From: an uncultured Ruminococcus sp.
Lineage (GTDB): Bacteria > Bacillota > Clostridia > Oscillospirales > CAG-272
Reading direction: 5' to 3'
Assembly: GCA_964384555.1 (NCBI GenBank)
Contig: CAYLLA010000003.1
Span: 3,339 to 67,338 of the forward strand
Length of the DNA stretch: 64,000 bases
Part shown: positions 18,368-25,098 of the stretch, in pieces
How the letters are laid out: each line of letters begins with the position of its first letter
Position numbering within the stretch: position 1 is the first letter of the stretch
The notes under the pieces: generated by a model
The model's database searches: none
The model's input: only the letters and a program-made list of their open reading frames with translations
What the model was told of the DNA's origin: nothing
Made by a program: the position numbers and the translations under genes

Positions 18368-18390
18368 GGGGTTCAGAATCCCACTCTCTG
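18368..18390 (+). other. Degenerate copy of the tRNA-Ser T-arm and 3' acceptor end
   Basis: GGGGTTCAGAATCCCACTCTCTG compared with tRNA GGGTTCGAATCCCACTCTCTCC: 21 nt match with one inserted A. No complete cloverleaf can be folded around it. Confidence 0.6.
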
Positions 18391-18485
18391 TAACGATTCG
18401 TGTTGTCGACATCCACAACGCAAATCATTTTAAACTTTGCATCAAAATGATGTTCTCACCCTTTCAATCAAACAAGGAGATACAC

Positions 18486-18986
18486 ATGGGCTATTTGAAT
18501 TATGAATTCTTTGACGAGTTCAAAGCACTCGATAACTTATGTAGAGATATCTATGGTGAATCTGTTGAAAAAAAACTTGGTGTAACCTTGTATCTTGAAG
18601 ACATGGATCAAAAGGCCTATCAAGGTGCGGTTATAATATCTGGTTGGACATCGGATTATAATCATTTGAAATCTGCAAGAAATATGCGGAATGAGTTGGC
18701 ACACTCTCGCAATTCAATTACGATCGATATTTGTTCGCAAGAAGACATTGACTTTGTTCGTTCTTTCAGAATGAGAATATTAAATCAAACAGACCCGATC
18801 GCAATGTTAAGAAAGCAAAACATTCAATCTCGGCCAGTTTCAACTTTGAAACACACAGAGCACGAGTTGTCGACATGTAATCAATCTGCTACGTCAAAAA
18901 CTTCAACCGGATGCTTGGGGTTAGCAATATTATTTTTAGTTGTTTTTTCTTTAGTAATTGCTTTTTTGTGCGCCGTTAAGCTATGA
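18486..18986 (+). CDS. Orphan C-terminally membrane-anchored protein with an RNxxxH (HEPN-like) motif
   Basis: AAGGAG RBS precedes the ATG at 18486. Visibly AT-richer than its neighbours. KSARNMRNELAHSRN contains R-x4-H preceded by N, and there is a C-terminal TM helix GLAILFLVVFSLVIAFLCAV. Confidence 0.5.
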   Translation: MGYLNYEFFDEFKALDNLCRDIYGESVEKKLGVTLYLEDMDQKAYQGAVIISGWTSDYNHLKSARNMRNELAHSRNSITIDICSQEDIDFVRSFRMRILNQTDPIAMLRKQNIQSRPVSTLKHTEHELSTCNQSATSKTSTGCLGLAILFLVVFSLVIAFLCAVKL

Positions 18987-19060
18987 TACAGTTCGTTATC
19001 ATCGTAGTATCTGAATCGATTTCGCTTTCATAACAGATATAGCGCCCCAATAGTAAATAG

Positions 19061-19094
19061 CCCCCGCCATGTCGCTTACGCGACATGGCGGGGG
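19061..19094. terminator. Bidirectional terminator hairpin between convergent genes
   Basis: Perfect 15-bp stem CCCCCGCCATGTCGC-TTAC-GCGACATGGCGGGGG. Confidence 0.7.
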
Positions 19095-19120
19095 CACATT
19101 TATAATTTTATTCTTCTTAT

Positions 19121-19708
19121 TTATCGATTTCTCACCAATTCGCGCAGCGATTCACCGCCGAGCTCCAGTATCTTGGCTTTAGCGCGTGAGTAGCGCTTGC
19201 GCACGAGGGAGGGGGAGATATCCATCAGATATGCGATCTCATCACAGGCAAGTCCCATACTGCGAAGTATCATTACATCGCGGTATTTTTCGTCAAGGCT
19301 TGAGATGAGCTTATTGAGATAGTCACACATCATCTCGCTCATGACCGATTCCTCAACATTTGAGGATTCATCGGGGATATCAAATACCGGAGAATCGTCA
19401 TCATCGGTAGGCGAGATGGAAAACTCTTTTGTTTTGCGCTCTATCTTACTGTCGTACATCGCGCGAGCGGTATTGCGACAGGTGATAAGCAACATTTTAG
19501 CAAGATCATCATCGCGTGCGGCTTCCATGAATATCTCGATCTTATCTATGACCTTCACTATCGTCTCCTGCACGCAATCCTGTGCATCAAAATGATCGTG
19601 CAGGATATCCATGGCAACCAGATACATTTTTTCCGCGTAGCGATTATATATATCTTCGACAAATGATCTGTCACCATCGTCGTTCATGGCCATGATAATT
19701 GCCAGCAT
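19121..19708 (-). CDS. Sigma-70-family (ECF-like) RNA polymerase sigma factor, no adjacent anti-sigma gene
   Basis: Region 2 (DAQDCVQETIVKV) and region 4 helix-turn-helix (YRDVMILRSMGLACDEIAYLMDISPSLVRKRYSRAKAKI). GGAGGA RBS precedes the ATG at 19708. The rest of track ORF 19121..19840 runs through the gene's own promoter. Confidence 0.8.
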   Translation of the reverse strand: MLAIIMAMNDDGDRSFVEDIYNRYAEKMYLVAMDILHDHFDAQDCVQETIVKVIDKIEIFMEAARDDDLAKMLLITCRNTARAMYDSKIERKTKEFSISPTDDDDSPVFDIPDESSNVEESVMSEMMCDYLNKLISSLDEKYRDVMILRSMGLACDEIAYLMDISPSLVRKRYSRAKAKILELGGESLRELVRNR

Positions 19709-19730
19709 ACGATCATCCTCCGCTAAAATT

Positions 19731-19794
19731 AAAAAAACAAAGTAAAACGCGACCTGCTTACCGCGCTCATCCCGCATTGCGAGAGCGGGGGAGC
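19731..19794 (-). promoter_or_regulatory. Attenuator-like leader of the sigma factor gene (two mutually exclusive hairpins, the second followed by a U-tract)
   Basis: On the minus strand, hairpin A is CGCTC-C-CCCGC...GCGGG-AT-GAGCG. Its 3' arm overlaps the 5' arm of hairpin B (AGCGCG...CGCGTT), which is followed by TTTTACTTTGTTTTTTT. Confidence 0.35.
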
Positions 19795-19811
19795 GTTCAT
19801 CGGTACAAAGA

Positions 19812-19840
19812 ATTATATCACATTTCGACCGTTTTGTCAA
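19812..19840 (-). promoter_or_regulatory. Consensus sigma-70 promoter of the sigma factor gene
   Basis: TTGACA, 17-nt spacer, TATAAT with TGn extended -10, read on the minus strand. Confidence 0.7.
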
Positions 19841-19875
19841 CCCGCGGCCGCGTCTCGCGCTTTTTCGTTTGATAA

Positions 19876-20085
19876 CTACCTCCGCACAGGCTTTTTATCA
19901 TCCTCAGCTGTACCGGGATCTGCATCAAGATCTAAATCAAAATATGTCTCCGAGTCGTCGTCGTAATAAAAGATCTCGCCGCGCTCACGCCGCTCCGGCA
20001 TCTTGGCGCGTTCGTTTATCTCGTCCTGATACCCGGAAAGTGCGGCAAAAGGCGCAAACTGCCCGGCGCGCTCCTCGAGTGTCAT
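19876..20085 (-). CDS. Short YolD-like protein
   Basis: 69 aa. QFAPFAALSGY motif and a position immediately downstream of a Y-family polymerase, as in uvrX-yolD and yqjW-yqjX. No clear RBS. Confidence 0.5.
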   Translation of the reverse strand: MTLEERAGQFAPFAALSGYQDEINERAKMPERRERGEIFYYDDDSETYFDLDLDADPGTAEDDKKPVRR

Positions 20086-20144
20086 CTGTTTGCGGTTCTT
20101 TGAAACATGATGCGGCAGATCTATTATATCGTCTTACTGTCCCC

Positions 20145-21655
20145 TCACGCCTTGTGTCCTCCTATCTGGGCATTGCGCTCTATCGCCGTTGCGCCATCTT
20201 CAAGATCAAGCCCCTTGATGATGGCGTTTTTGCCAAGCTTCTTTTTTATTTCTATTACCGTTTGCTGCAACCGCCGCTCGCGACCCAGCACCTCGGCATC
20301 CTGCGCCTGTTTGCGACTCAATGCCTCGTGGTCGGTAAAGATATCAAGCTGCTCACCATCCCCGGTGTCATCATTTTTCGCCTCTCCCTCCGGGCAAAGA
20401 TCGCAAAGCGTAACATTCAGGCGGCGTACCTTTTTATCGGGATCGACTATGCGCTCAAAAAGTGACACCACTGCCTCTGTTATCTGCCGCGTTGAGGATG
20501 TATATCCCGTCAGCGCCACGGTGCCGTGCGCCGGCTTGGGGACTCGCCTGCCGTAACGGTCTCGGGCGGCGGGCGGGGGAGTGCCGCTGCCGTCATCTTC
20601 GGCAGGAGAGGTGATATCATATCCCACATCTATGACCACGCGGTCGGTCACAAGACCTCGCTCTACTATATCGAGGACGGACGCCTCTGTCATTTCCTTT
20701 ATTATTATCAAAGCTTTTTCGAAAGTATACGGCGTGCTCAGCACCTGCCCCGAGGAGGAGCTTGAGCTTTGCGGTCGGTATGATTTGATTGCGGCTATGG
20801 TGCATGGCTCCCACCCCATGCATGATCTATGAGCAGCTCGGCGTTAACACCAAACAGGTCGTAAAGCAACCCCTCATCTATCAGCGAGCATCTTGCCACG
20901 TCACCCATGGTATTCATGCCGTGGGCTTTAAGCTTATCGGCGTATCCGCGCCCAACGCGCCAAAAATCGGTTATGGGGCGGTGTGACCACAGCTCGCGTC
21001 GATATGTCATCTCATCGAGCTCGGCTATGCGTACACCGTATTTGTCGGCAGGTATGTGCTTTGCCATAATGTCAAGTGCAACCTTGCAAAGGTAGAGATT
21101 GGGGCCTATTCCCGCGGTTGCAGTGATGCCAGTTTCCTTTAAAACATCAAGTATCATTCTACGCGCCAGAGCCTGTGCCGTGGTCTTGTAAAACCCGAGA
21201 TACTGCGTAGCATCTATAAACACCTCGTCAACGCTGTATACGTGTATATCGTCAGGCGAAACATATTTAAGATACATTTGATATATCTTAACGCTCATCT
21301 TTTTATAAAGTGCCATGCGCGGCTTGGCAACTATATAATCGAGCGCCAGTTCGGGGTGTGCGCGCAACTCGGGATCAAAATATGATGCGCCCGAAAAAAT
21401 GCCGCCCGGTGCTTTTTTGCGCCGTACATTGTTTATATCACGAACTTTGGCTATCACCTCAAACATCCGCGCTCGTCCGGGGATGCCGTAGGCCTTAAGT
21501 GACGGTGTGACCGCAAGGCAGATCGTTTTTTCGGTGCGCGATTCATCGGCTACAACAAGATTTGTCGTTAATGGGTCAAGCCCGCGGGCTGCGCACTCTA
21601 CCGATGCAAAAAAGGATTTTAGGTCTATGGCAATATATGTTCTTTTTTCGCTCAT
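20145..21655 (-). pseudogene. Y-family (UmuC/DinB/UvrX-like) DNA polymerase interrupted by a 1-nt frameshift near 20811..20816
   Basis: N-terminal part (ATG at 21655, AGGAGG RBS) has IAIDLKSFFASVE and ends ...LIDHAWGGSHAP*. The next frame continues (M)GWEPCTIAAIKSYRP...SGQVL. Adding one base in CATGGGGTGGGAG restores HAWGWEPCTI. Confidence 0.8.
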
Positions 21656-21734
21656 CCGAAAAGCTGCCTCCTTTTTGAATATTTTGGCTTCAAGCCGAGC
21701 GCAGATCTGCACCGCTCGTTGAGTCTCTAAATTA

Positions 21735-21762
21735 ATTATATCACGAAGTAGGGAAAAGTCAA
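21735..21762 (-). promoter_or_regulatory. Sigma-70 promoter of the Y-family polymerase gene
   Basis: TTGACT, 16-nt spacer, TATAAT with TGn extended -10 on the minus strand. Confidence 0.65.
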
Positions 21763-21891
21763 CAGCCAAAAATGCGCATTTAATTTGCCGACGCGCAGGG
21801 CTTACAAACGTGTTTTTAAGCAAAAAATGCAGGAATGCTTGCAAAAATGCAAGTTGTGACGAAAAAACGCCCACAAAAATGCAATTTTATA

Positions 21892-21920
21892 TTGACAAGT
21901 TGCAAAAACGGTTGTATAAT
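21892..21920 (+). promoter_or_regulatory. Perfect consensus sigma-70 promoter of the ABC uptake operon
   Basis: TTGACA, 17-nt spacer, TATAAT, with an A/T-rich UP-like tract immediately upstream. Confidence 0.75.
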
Positions 21921-21960
21921 TAGGGCGTTGTTTGAGATGGCGGAAGGCAATATCCGAACA

Positions 21961-21981
21961 GCAAAAAGCAAAAAGCAAAAC
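21961..21981 (+). repeat. Tandem heptamer (GCAAAAA)x3 in the ABC leader
   Basis: GCAAAAAGCAAAAAGCAAAAC read directly. Confidence 0.9.
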
Positions 21982-22106
21982 CATCAAGACATTTGAGCTT
22001 TAAGCTTGAGGGGCGCTCTCAAGCCGTCGTTTTTCCTCCGCGCGACATCGAATGGAGTGCGGACACGTACCATCGCCGAGCGGCCGGGATAAAACGATCA
22101 AACAAG

Positions 22107-22126
22107 ATGGAATGGAATGGAAAGGA
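22107..22126 (+). repeat. Tandem pentamer (ATGGA)x3 plus AAGGA in the ABC leader
   Basis: ATGGAATGGAATGGAAAGGA read directly. Confidence 0.9.
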
Positions 22127-22162
22127 AGCTCTCGCCGCGCGAGGGCTGCGGTTTTATTTAAA

Positions 22163-23143
22163 ATGAAAAGATCATCAACTATCAAAAGAATATCATCACT
22201 CGCACTCGCTCTTTTGATGTGCGCACTTTGCTTTGCGGGATGCGGCGAGGATAAAAAAGACGGCAGTTATACGATAGGCATTTGTCAGTTAGTCCAGCAT
22301 GATGCACTGGATGCCGCCACCAACGGCTTTATGCAGGCGCTGAAGGACAAGCTGGACGATAAGGTGACCTTTGATGTACAAAACGCATCGGGTGAACCTA
22401 CAAACTGCACAACTATCTGCTCAAAGCTTGTTTCCGATAAGGTCGATCTTATAATGGCAAACGGCACGGCCGCACTCAGTGCGGCCGCTCAGGCAACCGA
22501 TACGATACCGATCGTTGCAACATCGGTCACGGATTTTGCAACAGCCCTCGGCATCAAGGATTGGTCGGGCAAGACCGGCTTTAATGTGACAGGCACCTCC
22601 GATCTCGCCCCCCTTGATAAGCAAGCGGATATGATCAAAGAGCTTGTGCCGAATGCCAAGCTCGTTGGTATACTTTATTGCTCATCCGAGGCAAATTCAA
22701 AGTATCAGTCAAACGTAATGCAGGAAAAGCTTACAGCTCTCGGCTTGAATTTTAAAGAGTTTACCTTTGTGGATACCAATGATGTCAGCGCCGTGGCACA
22801 GCAGGCGGCCGCTGAATGCGATGTGATATTCGCCCCCACCGATAACGTTGTTGCCTCCAACGGTCCGGCTATCAATAATATCCTTGAGCCGGCAAAAATA
22901 CCGCTTATTGCAGGTGAGCAGGGAATATGCATAAAATGCGGCGTTGCAACTCTCTCCATCAGCTATTACGATATCGGCTACAAAGCGGGCGAGATGGCAT
23001 ACGAGATACTTGTGAACGGTGCAGATCCCGCGAAGATGGATGTTGAATACGCCAAGGATCTTACCAAAGAGTATATGGCCGACCGTTGCCGTGATTTCGG
23101 CATCACAGTCCCCGCCGACTACTCACCCATAAACGATCAATAA
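22163..23143 (+). CDS. ABC transporter substrate-binding lipoprotein (ABC_sub_bind / TrpX-like family)
   Basis: Lipoprotein signal peptide MKRSSTIKRISSLALALLMCALCFAGCG with a lipobox, then YTIGICQLVQHDALD, typical of this SBP family. The track ORF's 37 upstream codons lie in the leader. Confidence 0.8.
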   Translation: MKRSSTIKRISSLALALLMCALCFAGCGEDKKDGSYTIGICQLVQHDALDAATNGFMQALKDKLDDKVTFDVQNASGEPTNCTTICSKLVSDKVDLIMANGTAALSAAAQATDTIPIVATSVTDFATALGIKDWSGKTGFNVTGTSDLAPLDKQADMIKELVPNAKLVGILYCSSEANSKYQSNVMQEKLTALGLNFKEFTFVDTNDVSAVAQQAAAECDVIFAPTDNVVASNGPAINNILEPAKIPLIAGEQGICIKCGVATLSISYYDIGYKAGEMAYEILVNGADPAKMDVEYAKDLTKEYMADRCRDFGITVPADYSPINDQ

Positions 23144-23281
23144 GCAAGACTCAAAAAAGACAAAGCATATACCGCAAAACAACAGACCACAGTAAAAAAT
23201 CAAACCGCATAGCTAATAAAATAGGTTCGCCGACGTGATTCGCTCGCAGATCCGTCGGCGATATCGGAAACGGAAACTTAT

Positions 23282-24205
23282 ATGATTGATCTTATCAGAT
23301 CGCTTGAATCCCCAATAGCGCAAGGCATGATATGGGGCATCATGGCGATAGGCTTATACATCACATTCAAGATACTTGATCTGTCCGACCTGACGGTAGA
23401 CGGTTCTTTTGCCACCGGAGGTGCAGTACTCGTTGTAATGACAACATCGGGTGTTAATATCTACTTTGCTACCCTTGTTGCATTTTTTGCAGGGTGTGCC
23501 GCAGGCTTTGTTACCGGGCTTTTTCATACGCGCTTTGGAATACCCGCAATACTTTCGGGTATACTTACGCAGTTGGCGCTTTATTCTGTCAACCTGCGCA
23601 TAATGTCCGGGCGCGCAAATGTACCGATCTCATGGCGCAACTATGATCTTATCGTCTCATCAAAAACCGATAGTCTGCCCAATACCATCCTCGTTTGTGT
23701 GATCATAATTGCGGCACTTATCGGCATACTTTACTGGTTCTTTGGCACAGAGCTTGGCTTTTCTATCAGATCGACCGGGTGCAACCCCGCCATGTCTCGC
23801 GCCAACGGCATCAATACCAACTCGCGCAAAATGATAGGACTTATCCTTTCAAACGGCATCGTGGCACTTTCCGGTGCATTGCTTGCTCAATTCCAGGGGA
23901 ATGCCGATGTCAACATGGGGCGCGGTGCTATCGTTATAGGCCTTGCTTCTGTCATCATCGGCGAGGTGATCTTCTCAAAGATATTTATCAACTTTGCTCT
24001 GCGTCTTGTGGCGGCAGTGGTGGGAGCTATAGTTTACTACCTCGTTATTGCGGCCGTCCTTAAGATGGGACTCAGCGCAAACGATCTTAAGCTGTTCTCG
24101 GCGTTGATAGTGGCCCTGTTCCTTGCCGTGCCCAATCTTAAAAACGCATGGAAAAGCAAGCATCCCGGCAAGAATGCGGCCGCGGACGCAAAAAAGGAGG
24201 ACTGA
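23282..24205 (+). CDS. ABC transporter permease
   Basis: 307 aa with about 8-9 TM helices, co-operonic with the SBP and ATPase. Confidence 0.85.
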   Translation: MIDLIRSLESPIAQGMIWGIMAIGLYITFKILDLSDLTVDGSFATGGAVLVVMTTSGVNIYFATLVAFFAGCAAGFVTGLFHTRFGIPAILSGILTQLALYSVNLRIMSGRANVPISWRNYDLIVSSKTDSLPNTILVCVIIIAALIGILYWFFGTELGFSIRSTGCNPAMSRANGINTNSRKMIGLILSNGIVALSGALLAQFQGNADVNMGRGAIVIGLASVIIGEVIFSKIFINFALRLVAAVVGAIVYYLVIAAVLKMGLSANDLKLFSALIVALFLAVPNLKNAWKSKHPGKNAAADAKKED

Positions 24206-24207
24206 AG

Positions 24208-25023
24208 ATGTCATCACCCACAACTCCGATGCTTGAGCTTTGCGGCATCCATAAAACCTTTAACGCGGGCACGATAAACGAAAAAAAGGCCCTGCGTGGC
24301 GTTGATCTAACATTAAATAAAGGCGATTTTGTTACCGTGATCGGCGGTAACGGCGCAGGAAAGTCTACCATCCTCAATTTGATAACAGGCGTTTTCCCCG
24401 CGGATCGCGGCAGTATAATAATAGACGGCGATAACGTTACCAAACTGCCGGAGCATAAGCGTGCAAAACTGCTGGGGCGTGTTTTTCAGGATCCCATGAC
24501 AGGCACTGCTGCGGATATGCAGATCGAAGAGAACCTTGCCCTCGCTGCACGGCGCGGCAAAAGTCGCACTCTGCTGCCCGGCATAACAAAAAAGGAACGG
24601 GAAGAATTTCGCGAGCTTGTGCGCAGGCTCGGCCTTGGACTTGAGGACAGGTTGACCTCCAAAGTCGGTCTGCTTTCGGGAGGACAGCGCCAAGCGCTCA
24701 CCCTTTTGATGGCAACGATGAACAGCCCCAAGATTCTTTTGCTGGACGAGCATACAGCCGCACTCGACCCACAGACTGCATCCAAGGTATTGGGACTTAC
24801 AGACGAGTTGGTACACGAGAGCAATATAACCACGCTTATGATAACGCATAACATGAAGGATGCGTTGAGACTCGGTAATCGTCTTATAATGATGTATGAC
24901 GGAAAAATAATTTACGATATATCCGGAGAGGAGAAAGCGCACACCGACGTGAGCGACCTTTTGGAACTGTTTGCAAGCGCCAGTAACGGTGAATTTGCAA
25001 ACGATAGGATGCTGCTCTCCTAA
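24208..25023 (+). CDS. ABC transporter ATP-binding protein
   Basis: Walker A GGNGAGKST, signature LSGGQRQ, Walker B ILLLDEHT. AAGGAGG RBS precedes the ATG at 24208. Confidence 0.9.
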   Translation: MSSPTTPMLELCGIHKTFNAGTINEKKALRGVDLTLNKGDFVTVIGGNGAGKSTILNLITGVFPADRGSIIIDGDNVTKLPEHKRAKLLGRVFQDPMTGTAADMQIEENLALAARRGKSRTLLPGITKKEREEFRELVRRLGLGLEDRLTSKVGLLSGGQRQALTLLMATMNSPKILLLDEHTAALDPQTASKVLGLTDELVHESNITTLMITHNMKDALRLGNRLIMMYDGKIIYDISGEEKAHTDVSDLLELFASASNGEFANDRMLLS

Positions 25024-25053
25024 CAGATATAAAATACACGACCACGCTAAAAA

Positions 25054-25090
25054 CTGCGAGCCGCACAATAGTGCGACCCGCAGTTTTTAT
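25054..25090 (+). terminator. Intrinsic terminator after the ABC operon
   Basis: CTGCG..CGCAC-AATA-GTGCG..CGCAG stem followed by TTTTTATGTTTT. Confidence 0.7.
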
Positions 25091-25098
25091 GTTTTAAG

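Noticed and set aside
18290-18395. Possible second, complete tRNA or tRNA-like gene downstream of tRNA-Ser.
   Set aside because: Only the T-arm and 3' acceptor segment are recognisable. No matching 5' acceptor strand, D-arm or proper anticodon stem-loop can be drawn; the best candidate is a 4-bp stem whose loop has a pyrimidine at position 37.
19709-19840. Upstream 44 codons of track ORF 19121..19840 (sigma factor).
   Set aside because: This part overlaps the gene's own TTGACA-N17-TATAAT promoter and leader hairpins. A GGAGGA RBS precedes the internal ATG at 19708.
21656-21800. Searched for a LexA/DinR SOS box (GAAC-N4-GTTC) upstream of the Y-family polymerase. Found only AAACGTGTTT (about 21806) and the palindrome GCAGATCTGC (about 21701).
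   Set aside because: Neither has the GAAC/GTTC half-sites or the N4 spacing, so I make no SOS-regulation claim.
22052-22162. N-terminal extension of the ABC substrate-binding protein ORF (37 extra codons), plus a possible 19-codon upstream ORF (22107..22166).
   Set aside because: The Met at 22163 gives a textbook lipoprotein signal peptide, while the extension adds a 37-aa non-signal prefix and lies in the structured leader. The upstream ORF has no RBS. It is mentioned in the leader finding only as an observation.
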